From Tubiluchus corallicola (Eukaryota > Animalia > Priapulida), in contig JAQGDQ010000696.1 in NCBI GenBank assembly GCA_030141605.1, positions 46,951 through 110,950 of the forward strand: DNA of 64,000 nucleotides, given 5' to 3'. How positions within the stretch are numbered: the stretch's first letter is position 1; each line of letters begins with the position of its first letter. Below, piece after piece: positions 23,901 to 48,477 of this stretch. The notes beneath the pieces were generated by a model, which did no database searches, was not told the origin of the DNA, and saw only the letters and a list, made by a program, of their open reading frames with translations. The position numbers and the translations under genes are program-made.

Positions 23901-26445
23901 CAGGTGCTAGTACCCTTCTAACTAGAGTAAGGCAAAGTGCATGTAACAGCGAAGAGCTAGTGGCACGAATGCGAAACTGCGTTTGTGTGGTAATAATTCT
24001 TTCGTGTAAGGCATTATTGAAAAAAATAGTATGTCTCCTTTCAATATTTTAAAGAGTAGATTATTTTGACTTACAGTTTAAGATTGGGTCCAGCTTTGCT
24101 TTTATTTTTCTGACTATAATGATGGAAAATGCTGTAAACATGATCTTTCACAATGAGAATGATGCACATTGTAAACTCATTTTAACAAAAGCATTTTTTC
24201 AACAAAATTTCAATGCCTATTTTATATATAAGTACTAAAATCCATTGTACTAGTAGACACTGGTACTATGGCTAGCACTCTGCATGTAAGACCTATTCAC
24301 GGGTAATCATTATTACTCATTAAATCATGAATTCGTAATTAAATCGTTAACACTTCTGACCCATAGGGGCAGAAGGAGTTTGAAATCTGCAGTAACTCGG
24401 TAAAATAAAGTATGATTTACAAAAATGCAACAAAATTAGTATTTTGGCTGACTTAAATTCTCGTACAAATCCAAAACGGTCCTAAGCAACTGCAAGATAT
24501 CAATTAGCTTACAATAACGTTAACTGGCTGAGAAAAGTTTGAATTGGATAATGTAATTTTAACAAGCCTTAACTGCCAGTGCTACAAAAAATTAGTTAAT
24601 TTTTTTCAACAATTCTGTACAGGCAGCTGTAATATTCTGCTTACCTGACTGAAAACCAGAAGCGTCCTCTTAATCATTGTGTATTCAGTAACAAAATAAA
24701 GCTCATGACATGTATTTGTAGTGCCGTTATTTTGCTTGCTACGTTTTCAATTTATTGCTAAGTGTCTGGTTGCTGGGGCTTGCCACAAAATTAAATTAAA
24801 ACCTAATAACTTTGCATGCCAATGTAAAGACATTTTGTAAGTATTTAGGTATGCCTATGACACAGACTTTTTACAAATGACATAATGATGACTAAGCATG
24901 CTTTCAAATTTCAGTAAAAAATCCTCCAGATTTTAGAAATTCTTAACAAACTAAAAACTGTGTAAAGTCTCAGCAAATAGTGTGAAAGGCTTCGTGTCTT
25001 TGCAAAAGCATTTAAATGCTAATAAATAAAGTTTCCTTTTGTGATTAAGTAGCAACATGTCGTGATTATATAGGCTCACATAATTATCAATGAAAGTTCA
25101 TCAATGTTAAATTTATGTCAGTGTTAATTTTGTGCTAATTGGGGACAACACTTCCAAATGCAAATAACTCATGCCGAATTTGAGTGACTTGATAAGCTTG
25201 ATGATGCTGTTTATTTCAGCTGAAGTAGTTCCACTGATTACAGTAGCTGCACCGCGAATCAATGATATCGGCATTGGATTATAAAAATAATAATTAATTA
25301 TTGGTTTTAAGGAGAATAAATAATCGGTATCGGATCAGATATCGGGTTCAAGGGGCATCAATAATCAGTATTTTTGTTATCGTTCGAGCCGGTTTTTCGT
25401 TTTTGGAACACACCAACTCCAACACTCAGCAAGTGAACATACAAATGCTTTGATTTCATAATAAACTGGTAATCTTGTCATCCTGTAGATGTTTAATGTA
25501 CATACTGTATAAAGTTATAAACTTTGATGAGTAAGCTACTCTTTGTCCTGTTCAAATAATTTTTAATTTACTAAAGGGAGAAATATCATTTTCAACCAAA
25601 TTAGGCATTTTCTTTAAAGCTAAAACTTATATCACAGAACCCTGACCCGAGTTGATAAACACTAAAGATAAAGCCACTGAATACAGGGTATCATGCTCAT
25701 CTTTCAATCTAGACTTATAAACAGGAGATTGTAATGTTCACTAAAGAGCAGGAATGTGCAAATATCAACGGTTTACATTCTGAGTTATTCTGAAGTTGAT
25801 TAATGAATAACCAATTTAATAAAACATAACAATAGCATTTTGCATTGCAGGTATCAGATTTACCAAGTAACGGCTATGAGTTTTTACGTGATTGGCAAGT
25901 ACGATGCAAAACAGGGAAAGACAGATTCAACTTATTGAAACAATGTGGTGGAGCAAGGCTCCGAGAGTTTTTTAAAACAGATATCATATTTAGTTTATTA
26001 GGTGAGAATCTTGCACCAATATTTATTTTGCTGCATGACTAAGGTGTATTGTATATTACTGTTCCTAGTGCCTGATGTGTTATTTTAGGATTTATCATTT
26101 GCTTCCTATTAAGATATACCTAACTGTACTGTTAGTAGTTTATTTGATATTATTTACTTTAAATCAGGAAACATACTAGTGGTACTGGATGCAGAGTTGA
26201 CTGAAAGTCCTACAGAATTTGCATCCATCTGTGACACATTAAAGATTCTCACTACTGCCAAAGGTTTCACTCTTGCAAACTCTTGCCTCAGTGAGGAAGA
26301 GCTGTGCACTCGTTCCAGTATAATGAGCAAGCTACACTCAAATGGAGAATGTGACTGTGATGTGCTCAACTCCTTGAACAAAGCTTTTGGTGCAGGAGCA
26401 ATCGTGACAAGTATGAAGGACATCAAGAATGTAGACATTCTATAG
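20971..26445 (+). CDS. CCDC103: Dynein axonemal assembly factor CCDC103/DNAAF19; exons 20971-21122, 22976-23117, 25851-26001, 26168-26445
   Basis: Spliced product LDFSKLGKDLNTALEMDNNYQMRNKAKFQAVEQRVGSYEEFRDMVNAAHLRPLDKKD...WN (dynein-attachment N-domain) plus PSNGYEFLRDW...FKTDIIFSLLGNIL...GFTL (RPAP3_C-like). All junctions are GT-AG and phase-consistent. Confidence 0.92.
23230..23411. repeat. Decayed hAT-like MITE (TATCGG repeats); related copy at about 25243-25391
   Basis: Both places share AATAATC[AG]GTATCGGATCA and end in TTCGAGCC. Confidence 0.45.
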
Positions 26446-29279
26446 TGTATGCATGAGGCCTTGTACTGCAATTCTAAATCATACGTTTATATCTAGTATT
26501 GTCAAACTACACGACTAAGTAATATACAAACTAAGTACAATTAAATTTATCACAATCGGATATTTTATTATCTGCATCTAAAGTATGATGCCACAAAATT
26601 GATGATCGTTACAAATGGCTGTATGAGATTATTTACAGAAATCTTTCCTTCACCGAAATGTTTAGAAGGTTTTTTACATAAACCAATAGTACAATGATTT
26701 GCGAAGTTTCTGAAGAGTATTTACGTATGGCCTGTTTAGAACATGTACTCATATAAAGCCCACTGTGTGAGGGTGTTCATTAGCACAAATAACACTTGCG
26801 TAGTTTTAATGTGCCTTCGTGGTAACCTTTATGTCTAAATTACAGTAGACATTACAGCTGCTTGTTCTGCAATATGGGAGGCATTCTTTTTTACAACATC
26901 TGTGTCTGTGTGCTTTAACAGGAAAATTATCAGTTTTGAGTGCGGAAAACTTCAAACTGTACTTTTAATATACACGTAATAAAATGGTATGCCTTTACCA
27001 TAAAATTGGTAAGCTTTGTTACACGAATGCTTATATACTGTTACCTGGTGATTAATTTCTAAGTTTACATTCATACAATGAGCAATGTAAGTGGCATTAA
27101 GTACTGAACACATTTCATTAGGACAGCACGGGCATACCCCAACATTTGCAAGTGGCAGTTTCCAAACACTTTTGCAAACACTGATAATAAAAACGCATTG
27201 CTAAAAAATGTTCCGCAAAAATGCTTGAAAAAAATGACATCATGTACATGAAGAATAGGCGTAATACTCCTCATTCAAATCCTTGAAGCAGAAACTGTAG
27301 GTGGGACAACAGAATTAAACCGACTAATATTCTCTTAACATGGCAATCACCACTGAAAGAGTGACCACTGGCTCAAACACTGTAATTATAAAAGTAACAT
27401 TCCTCAGACCCTTTCTGCTGGGATATAGTTTTCTTTCTAAGTCTGCTAAAAAAAAATCAAGATGTTGTGCAAAATTAGAGCTGTATTAGCAAAATTCTAT
27501 TGGACAAAGTACAAGAATATGTAATGGCACCTCAGAAAAATTACATGCATTTATGCGAAAATCACACTGCAAAGAATCTTTAATGATCATTAAATGTCAT
27601 TAAATGATCGTGATTTGTTTAGGAAGATAGTGTTTATGCAACTGATACCACGGTAAGACCCCGAAAACCTTCCACTATTCTGTGTAGCCATTTATGTGTA
27701 CAATTTATGAAAATATTCCAAAAGTCAACAATTAAAGCAAGATGAATTTACATAACTGTAACTACAGATTTGCAGATAGTGGGGTATACCAGTACACTAA
27801 AACGTCAGTCAGCACACATGATAGTACACAAATACACAGTTAACAAAGCGAAATGATATGACCACGTGAGACCCCAGACAACACAGCACGTTAATAGTAT
27901 AATTATATATTACTATCGTTAACTATCAATATTGATTAATTACAGCAGAAATTACAAAAATATGATCAACAGGAGAAAAATATAGTGATTACGTTTCATT
28001 AACGTTCCTAAACGCAACGCAGATTCTTCGTACAAGGGACTAATACTGGTGTATTATGAGATATGTACAGACGATCAAGTTCGAAGCTCACAGTTATGAG
28101 AGATGACAGCAAGTTAGTTACAAAGCTTACAAAAAAATCATTACAACATATAAAAAATTACAAAACAATTAATAAATATAAGACTTTACCCACGCCAAGT
28201 TATAGCTCACACAATGGCTGGTTTTTACCAACACAACCATCATGTGTTACGACTTAAAATTTGGCAAAAGAAAAATGCCAGAGTGGGAAGCAAGATTGAA
28301 GCCATCACAATTTAACTGACTGTATCAAATATTCAACTAAGAAGCAGCAATAGTGTAGCATAAAAGAATGAAATAATGGTATGCAAACTGTTTGTGAAAA
28401 TTCTGAATCAATTTGCCATGGCAAACATAATGCTCAGAACTGCAAGTCAATGCAACTGTCAGCAAATCTGTCACTTAATGTAAAAATAATGTGCATTTCA
28501 ACTTTTACTGCACAGTAATACTAAGATGTACATTTGTATCAAAAATGCATGAGAAACCACAACCGGATTTTAGGCATTAGTCTAATCTATGTGCATGTGT
28601 TATGCACATAAACACAGACTCTCGTAGGATTTTTATTAATGACTCCATAAATATTAGACAAAATTAAAAAAAATAATAAACCATAAAAACTGTAACTGCC
28701 TTATCCTTTGCAAGTCTGACAAAACTCAACAACTGTAGAAGGTGCTACAGATCTTAAAAATGTGCATTACTTCATTGCCAGAAGGCAACTGGCAGTCAAA
28801 AACACTTATTAGGGAATGCTAACAGGCGCCAAGGCAATTTGATTCAAGCAATCAAGGAAATAAATTTGTAAGATGGTCCTGAAGAAAAACAATCAATAAA
28901 TTTCTCTAGTGAAAAGTTTTGCCTTTTTAGAATGACAGCTTAATTTTTTGAAATCTTTGAAGCAGCAAAGCTGACATTCTCTTTCTAATGAAATTCTGCA
29001 ACTTCTGAATTCTTTATAGTAACATTAAACAGTACAGCATATTGGAAAAGAAACAGTTTCTTTTTAATTTATGTAGTTGGTAGTGGGTAACATGAAACAC
29101 AGAAATAGTCTTATTTTTTTATTTGACTAATTTACTAATCTGCTAGTATTTTGTCCCAGTTCAAAATATTTTCTTCTTGCATTCAGAGTTTTCACACTTG
29201 TCACTAGAGCCACCTATTGAACTTCTTTACAATTTATCATTATGACAGGATAAAAATATCATATGTATGTGGAAGTAGT

Positions 29280-39933
<10,654 letters not shown>

Positions 39934-40763
39934 CTATAATAATAATAATGCATCACGAATTACAATAAATAATAATACAACGTACTCTAATGAGGTGCTT
40001 AGATACTAAGATAAGCTAAATGTCAACAGCAAAAAATCATAACCAGAATGCTGCAAAATCTGGAAGATCTTATAATCTTGACAGCAATTTTGCTAGTGTA
40101 TACATGACACCCAAGGTTTTTTCAAGTTATAATGAATTTTAATCAAATATAAAAGTTGAGGACGAAATTATCGATCACAACACTTAACCTTTTGCAAACA
40201 ACACTTATCAAAAGAAAAACATCTGTATTTGGCCAAAGTTAGGACAGTTGTTGAATACTCACACAAATAAAGTTTTAATTACGGTCTTTAACAGCAAGAG
40301 ACTTCAAAAAATCAGAGTTTAAAATTCAGAAAAGATGGAAGAACATAGTTGAGGCTTACTAAGTTAAATAATCATCAAAAATGTCAAAGGTAAAATAAGC
40401 ACGTTATTCATTTCAACTTGCAAACAAAAGTTTTCACAAGCAAGAAGGCAACAAAGCTCAGCTTTATTCAAGATTTGACAAAAACATAAGCAGAATGTAT
40501 AAATTCGTTAAATGTATTAATGCAAATTAAAAGTATCTTACCTTTAATTAAATGAAAAATAAAACCCTCAAGTTGCATTTTGTTGAGTTAACTGCCATAC
40601 AGTTTTTGCTTATTTAAATTTTATGCTCACTTCTTGTCACACAGCGATTTTTTTTGTAGCAGTGAAGTTTAAATCTGCATTTTACATTATAATCTAATCT
40701 GGCACTTGCAAGGTTAGATGACATTTGTATGTTTTCTGATTTAACGACATATATTGTTTGCAG

Positions 40764-40860
40764 AGAACATGATTTCTTACGCAGAGAAGAGTATCATACA
40801 CAAGTACTGCAAGAGAAAGAATTAGAATATAATTCGGTGGTAAAACATCTAAATGATCGG
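40764..40860 (+). CDS. Neurabin/spinophilin coiled-coil exon lying on the opposite strand to the rest of its gene
   Basis: TTTGCAG|A GAA CAT...GAT CGG|GTAAGT encodes EHDFLRREEYHTQVLQEKELEYNSVVKHLNDR, which joins in phase 0 to ISALEKDL (41494-41626). It matches the spinophilin REEF...LQEKD.EYN.LVK.LKDR motif. Confidence 0.85.
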
Positions 40861-42358
40861 GTAAGTAAAAAAATACTTCTCCGTTAAAGTTAGTGAAAAT
40901 GCTGTTTTATACTTTGTATGTAAATGTTGCTTTCTGCTTATGTTTTTGTCAAATCTTGAATAAAGCTGAGCTTTGTTGCCTTCTTGCTTGTGAAAACTTT
41001 TGTTTGCAAGTTGAAATGAATAACGTGCTTATTTTACCTTTGACATTTTTGATGATTATTTAACTTAGTAAGCCTCAACTATGTTCTTCCATCTTTTCTG
41101 AATTTTAAACTCTGATTTTTTGAAGTCTCTTGCTGTTAAAGACCGTAATTAAAACTTTATTTGTGTGAGTATTCAACAACTGTCCTAACTTTGGCCAAAT
41201 ACAGATGTTTTTCTTTTGATAAGTGTTGTTTGCAAAAGGTTAAGTGTTGTGATCGATAATTTCGTCCTCAACTTTTATATTTGATTAAAATTCATTATAA
41301 CTTGAAAAAACCTTGGGTGTCATGTATACACTAGCAAAATTGCTGTCAAGATTATAAGATCTTCCAGATTTTGCAGCATTCTGGTTATGATTTTTTGCTG
41401 TTGACATTTAGCTTATCTTAGTATCTAAGCACCTCATTAGAGTACGTTGTATTATTATTTATTGTAATTCGTGATGCATTATTATTATTATAGATATCAG
41501 CTCTTGAAAAAGATCTTAGTCTGGCACAGCAGGCTGCCGGTCTTCCAGTATCAGCGGTAACCACTAAGGAATCCACTCAGTTATTATCGACCTCATCATC
41601 TAGTAAGCAAGTACCAGAAAAGCCTGGTGAGACTTAAGTGCAAGTTTTTTTCTAGTGAATTTTAATTGTGTAGCACTCTGGTAGTGCGTTTGCCATTAGA
41701 GGACGAAATGACGTAAAATTTTTGTGAAGTGTTTTGTTAAAGATTCGTTTGTTGGAAAACAACACTTATAAACAACTAGACTATAGGCTAAAAAGATTAA
41801 AAAATGAAAAATTTAGTTTGTATGGTGCTAACATCCTGCACTGACTAACATGGAAAAGAGGAAACGTGATTCGGTAACGTTTTTCCTAAATAAATGAATC
41901 ATGTTAATAAATTTTGACGTAATTTATCTGTAAAAGTAATGACACATGGCAATGACGAAAACACGCAATACAGTGTCATTAACTTTTTATGGTTTTCGTG
42001 AATTATAGGGAATAAAACCGCTTGTAGATAAAACAACCAAGTGTTAGTTTATATATTTTGTATGCTCATTGTTTTAATGTAGGTCTGCAACATTGGCTTC
42101 AGCCAATGTTTTTTTTAAATACCGACAATTAGAACGTTATCAAGCACTGTTAAAAGTAATTACAGTTTGTGGTCTGTTTTAGAAAAGGGCCTTGTCCCAG
42201 ACTAATTCTGTAATAACATTGTGGATTGCGACATCAATTTTGTGACCTGTATGCACATTTCTACGGCATCGCTTTAAAAACAACTGTTGTTAATGAGTGA
42301 TGTGGCAACGTTTTTAGGCCAAGCCCAATACCAAATTTAAAAACTCGTTAAAACTTAC

Positions 42359-43347
42359 CATCCTGATTTGGAAAACTCCTTATGACATTTCCACCGAGTT
42401 CACTATCTGACAGGTCACATCCAAGTCCTGGATTCTGATTCAGTCTTTCCATTTGCTTGTAAAGATCCAACATAAAACTGGGAAGAGTTGCATTCGGACT
42501 AGGGCGGGGTCTAAAGAAATAAGAAAAGACGCTAATGAGGAACAAATTTATTGCTTTTATGCGTCTATAACATACATGATCAGCATTCAAGTAAAATAAC
42601 TGCTGTGGCTCTTGTAATATACATATGATATTAACATAATACAACATTATTCTATGGTGATGATTTTAGTGATGAACTTTGCTCCATACGATAAAACGTT
42701 GGGGTTACGTTTTTAGCTTCAACATTTTTTCGTCCTGCGCTATCATCATAGTGGAATCTGCGTTTTTTGTTCAATAAATAGTGAAACAGAAAATTGAATT
42801 TTTATCAGTTTTTTGTGAACTTTTTACATCTACTGATTCAATATGAATATAATGAGGCAGTTTATAGACAGGGCCTGCTTCTTTTACTGATGTAACCAGT
42901 TTACTAATAGAATTTGTCAAAATTATGACTTCTAAAGAACTTTTTGTACATGTTGTTATAAAGTCTATAGATATGTATACCTACAAGTTACTGAAATATT
43001 TACAATTTTCCCTTGTACTACTTAAAATACAGATTCTACAAACAATAAATTTTCAAATTAAATTTGATAAAAGTGAACAAGCAGGACAATTTCACTCTAT
43101 CATAAAATTGATAAGTAATATACCTTTTGCGCAATCCGAGACCTCGTAATAAAACTCTCTCAGCTTCATTTGGATCACGTAATGGGTTAACTCGTCTGTC
43201 CCTATGCCTTTGATGTGGGTTAACGTCACCATCATCACTAGCGATGGCACCATCGTCGCTGTCTGCTGTGACGACATCGATAAAACTGCCTATACTGGAA
43301 GCACCTACTAAAGCGAGTAAAGTCACAAAAACTGTCAATATCATCAT
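42359..43347 (-). CDS. TGF-beta/BMP-family ligand, 5' part only (signal peptide + start of prodomain); univin/Vg1/GDF1-3-like; exons 43347-43124 and 42510-42359
   Basis: MMILTVFVTLLALVGASS signal peptide; AERVLLRGLGLRKR|PRPSPNATLPSFMLDLYKQM...GCDLSDSELGGNVIRSFPNQD is the straitjacket/latency region of BMP-type prodomains. No furin site or cystine-knot exon was found downstream. Confidence 0.85.
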
Positions 43348-43627
43348 TTTGTTGCAAAAAACAGGTATTGTTTATAGAATTAGATATCGCGTTAGAGAGA
43401 ACCTTGTTCACTCAACTTCACAGTGAAACTGCTTCTAAATAACTGTTACGTCGTATGATCGGCGGTGATCTTATAAACGTTGGGCAGTAATGATACAGGT
43501 ATTGTTTCAAGCATAGCTAAATGCATATCCTGCCTTATCAACGCAACCATCGCAGCCTAGTGAGTCTGCGGAGGTGTGGGCGGCATGAATGAACCCTGCC
43601 CACTATCAGCTGCTTCAATCTGCGTCA

Positions 43628-43647
43628 GACAATGAGCGCTCATTGTC
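43628..43647. promoter_or_regulatory. Perfect 20-bp palindrome with two inverted Sox sites, ~280 bp upstream of the TGF-beta gene ATG
   Basis: GACAATGAGCGCTCATTGTC; ACAATG/CATTGT is the Sox HMG core. It lies in a GC-richer patch with a TATA-like TTTATAAG on the minus strand near 43470. Confidence 0.5.
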
Positions 43648-44868
43648 CAACCTACTCTGGCACCTGTAGTGATGGCCGGATCAAAAGTGACCAGCGTCCA
43701 GTTGAGGTCTATTGATCAGTTTAGATCGATGGCGGTGTGAAAAGCTGCTTGAAGAGTTTGGATGGTTGATACCTGGTATTAAACAACACAAGTGAGCAAG
43801 TGAGATAATATACTCAAGTCTGCCAACGTGTCGCTACAAGACATTCGATACTACGACGTCCATTCATCATACTGAGACATGTTCTAAGAAAAATGTCTGA
43901 TATTAATCTTCAAACACGAAAGCAAACGCCGTCCAACGAAGTGTTTTCTTATTAAAGTGTAGAGTAAAAGCAGAAAAACAGGGAGAAAAATCATGTCAAA
44001 ATAAAGTCAGTTAGAAGTAAGCTTCTCTCCTTCCTTAACATAAAGAAGTCCTTAAATGTTTTGCAATGTGGCACTTTTCTCATTTCATTTTTAAATAGAG
44101 AGAATAGAATTTAATTTTTTGCGTGAAGCGCATTAAATTGTACACAGTATTTCCATACAAGACGCATTAGTAGTAATTAAAATATAAAATAGAATGCAAT
44201 ACATTAAAATTAGATAAACGCTAAATAAGATAAATGATAAAACATTTTGAAAATTAGACATAAAGCGAAAAATCGGTTTACAAAAATCTCAGTTAATAAA
44301 TCATAGGGCGTTAAGAGTTAGCCGAATAAAAACTTTTGTGACACTTAGTATATAGTAAAGCACAATTTTAAGAGGAGATTTCACCTCATAGTATAATTAC
44401 AATGTGATGTGCTTAAAACAGAATAAAATATCAGCAATAAAATCTAATTTAAAAGCTTCAGGAAGAGAGAAAATTTTATTTGCCTTAAAGACGCTTTAAA
44501 TTATTATTGCTTACAATATTAAATTATATTGACTGCGATCTTCACATGTTTATTTCATTTCAATTTCTATGAGGCATGTAAATAACGTTAGCCTAACTCT
44601 TGGTGAGTCTTATACGTGTACCATATTATAAACTATAAAATGAAAACAATTCCTGTTTTTAGAAATATTAGCTATGTAGTTACTTGTAGGTATTGGTAGT
44701 TACTCTGACGAGAGTAAACTAATTCTTGCAAGAGTTGGATTGTTTGGTGAGTCATATTAAGAATTAAATTAAGACCTGCCATGACCAGCTATGAGTGGTT
44801 TTTGAGTTGTAATAAGTAAGTCCTTTGTTCAAATCCAGGAACAATGAGTGAGCGAGTGAATAAACCAT

Positions 44869-45115
<247 letters not shown>

Positions 45116-45727
45116 TCGGAGCTTGACTGCGCATTCTTGTGGCACGTAAATGACAAGACGGAGCACTGAAAAATTATATTATTAACTTTTTATTGTTAGA
45201 ATGTTTGGTAATGATAATGATTACGTTCACATAACATATTTTTGTACATGCCAAAAGATGAAAGCTACAAGTATATGAATGTTTTAATCATAAAATGCTT
45301 CATACTTATTTTGTCAGCTTCGCCTTAAACTTATTGTTGTATAGTTATAATTTAAAACACAGAGCATCTAAACTCTAAAGTAAACTCTTTCATTACTGAT
45401 GAGACACAAATATGTACGAAGCTGGCATCTTCAGTGACATAATCGAAATGCCACCGATTAAAGACGAAAGCCGTTTCAGTTTTTTCCCCCAGTTGCTTAT
45501 TTTGCACTTCTCACTTGTGCCCAGAAGCGCAGACTGATTGACTAACTGAATGAGTGGGTGGTTGGCTGACCATTCAACCGACTCACTGATTAACTGACTA
45601 TCATATTGACCTACCAAGTATTTGATTTGACTGACAGTTGGGTGAACCAACTGGCAGGCAACTGACAGACAAACGTATGAACTGATCACTAACTGAGTGA
45701 CTGAAGAACAGATAGAACGTTTACGTT

Positions 45728-45878
45728 GCGTTTATATAGCATCCGAATGCGTATGAGGGTGAGCAATAGGTAAAATCGGTTTATATTGTTTTCAATGCAG
45801 CCTGCGTACGCGTTATTCTTTTTCTGCAGCTATTCCGCAGGTAGAAACGCGTACGCATCCGGACGCTACGTAAGACCC
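45728..45878. mobile_element. Short MITE-like inverted-repeat element
   Basis: GCGTTTATATAGCATCCGAATGCGTATG pairs imperfectly with CGTACGCATCCGGACGCTACGTAAGACCC; there is an internal GCGTACGCGTT...AACGCGTACGC hairpin. Confidence 0.55.
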
Positions 45879-46943
45879 ATTTAACCCATACTTGTGATAT
45901 CTCCCACTCCCTAAGAGATACTAGGCTTAAGAGCGAACATTAAACACGAATCTTCGATAGAATAACCACCGAGTCTCGGTTGGTTAGATCTGAAGAAAAA
46001 ATCTTTTATAAGTTTCAGTTTAAGTTACATTATTCAACTTTTTAATACTGAAACACTTTTTTAAAACAAAATTTCAGCAAATATGTTATCGCAAGATAGC
46101 ATTTAGCAGTAATTTTTATTAAAAATTTTTACATTCAATTTAACAAGCACGCAGCAGCCTTAATCAAATATCCAGTGACTTTGACGGTGACTGGGATCAA
46201 GTACATAACATTAATGGATAGATAGCTAGATATTCTGATATATGGCCAACATAAGGTACAAATGCAAATACACAATTACGTCATATTAAATCATATACAT
46301 GTCTTAAGAGAATCATGCCACGGCAAATTTAAATGTAAGCCATCACAAAAGCTTTCTTATATAGTCTATTGTCTGGTAGAGAGACGAGACGAAGCCAATA
46401 TTTAATTGTTCTTACTTTAATTTCCAAGCTAATCGGATACCTGCCTAGCTCACCTAACACAGAGGGAGTTGGAGTTGGCATCTTAGCACCCAAAACGTAC
46501 TAATAATACTTTAAACATGATATTTCTATACTTTCATAATGTTTTATCCGCCAGACTTCACACCCATAATTTAGTATAGGTTTGACGTAAGTGTCGAACA
46601 AAGTCAGTGCTATACTAACGTTAAAGTGCCCAGAAGTTATTGTTTTGTGTCACCAAATGTTAAAGTAACCAGTTTTTGTAAAATATGCACCGCGATACTT
46701 ATAATCTAAGTAATAGTGCAATACCGTGTTGTCATAATAAAATGGTGTATTACAAGGCGTCACAGTATTGTAGATATACATAGTTTATTGACAAATTCAG
46801 CATTTTCTACAGCAAAGTAAAATACAAAAACATAACATATAAAACAATTTGTCCCGTGACAAGCGATTGGCATCATTACATGAAATATAATTTTTGTGTG
46901 ATATTAATTACATTCGTAAATAATTGCAGAAGTTGAAAATTAA

Positions 46944-47990
46944 TTAGAGATCATTATTTCCACAAACTTTGTCAAGTTTAGACAAATATTTGGCTTTATT
47001 TATAGTGAGTTGGGTCATAAAATAATAGATTTCTTGAACATAGTCAGCATATTTAGTTTCAGAACATTCTAACACCGCATGAATAAGAGTTTGAGCATTC
47101 AAATCACAAAATTGACATATTCTATTTTCCCGTCTCACCCTGCTCCACCTGCCAGTCTCAATTCGTAGGTTTTGATTTCCCACTCTGAATCTTGAAATGA
47201 TTATCCTGTAATGTTCGGTAAGAAAGCTGTTATCATAAAGTAAGGAGGGTTTGGTCAGCTCGGGGTTTAGACGGAGTTTATTTAGATGCGTCTTTACTAC
47301 TACTCATTAGGACTAAGTTAACTGCAAATATTAAAAGACATACACTCGAAAGCATTAAAGTAATGCTGCCTGAGTCACCCATTTTTAAAGTGTCTGCTAA
47401 ATCGCTCTAATATAGAGAGAATAGCATAGCTGATAACGTGCAACCTTGTAAAACACCAACTTGTACCAAAAATTATATCAGTAAGACCACAATCTGTTTT
47501 TACACAACTTTTCGTACATTTATAGATTTACCGGATCACTCGTACTACTCTTCCTTTTGTACTTAATGATATCAGCTTATAAACCATGCACATTCTCTCC
47601 ACAGAATCAAAAGTCTCCTTAAAATCCAAAAAGCATATATACAATTTTATATTCATGGACTGTTGCTTATCAATGATAGTTTTTTAAACAAATATGTTAT
47701 CTGTCTTTCCATAATTTTGGCGAAAGCCAGCCTGAATTTCGGGTATTATGGAAGCGTTTTTAGTCCACTTCTAGTCTAGAACATATCATTGTTTTAAAAA
47801 GTTTAGCTACAACGTTTAATAGGCAATCCCTGTATAGTTATTGGGATCACTAGTTCGCACCTGACTTATGCACAGGTATAATAACCGAGTCAGACCAAGT
47901 TTCCGAAAACCAGTGGCAAAAATAGCATTAAACAGCTTTAGCAAATAATGTTAATGTTAATGGATGGACATAGTGTGTAAATGCTAAATA
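46944..47990 (-). mobile_element. Decayed, internally deleted LINE ORF2
   Basis: DPNNY..I...NVVAKLF, IPEIQAGFRQNYGKTDNIFV, CFLDFKETFDSV, and the C-terminal RVGNQNLRIETGRW...RICQFC...HAVLEC. Confidence 0.8.
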
Positions 47991-48477
47991 TTACAAAGAC
48001 TTAATTACCAGCCTTTACCTAAACAAAATGGTAAAAGCGTTGTTTGTAAGCCGCCATGTATCGCTGTATTCTACTAGTTTCCTTCTTTAACTCTCTTTCT
48101 GGTCACTTTACCTCCTGGGTGACAAACTTTCTGCATGAATTTAACATCACGTGGGTTATCGGATTACAGCCAAAAGACGAAAATTACTGCTTACTTTCAT
48201 TATTTACACTACAAATAGGTAAGGATATGTATTGCGCAGCAAATCTTAACAGTTTAAGAGTTGAATACTTGAAGTTATAAATCTCAAAGTGCAACTAAGT
48301 AACGATTTTGTGAAAATATTCTAATTATATATAGGGTGCCGTGTAGGCTGGGAACTACGTTACAGCTATTTTCGTGAAGATTAAAATAAAGTTGATAATA
48401 CTTTTTTAAAGTGTTATAACGCTTATTACATTATGACTTATAATAATAAAGTCACTAGGTTAATAATGAGCATGTCG

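Noticed and set aside
42089-42110. Small hairpin AACATTGGCT-TC-AGCCAATGTT followed by a T-run, like a bacterial terminator
   Set aside because: Eukaryotic intron context; a 10-bp stem alone is not evidence of function.
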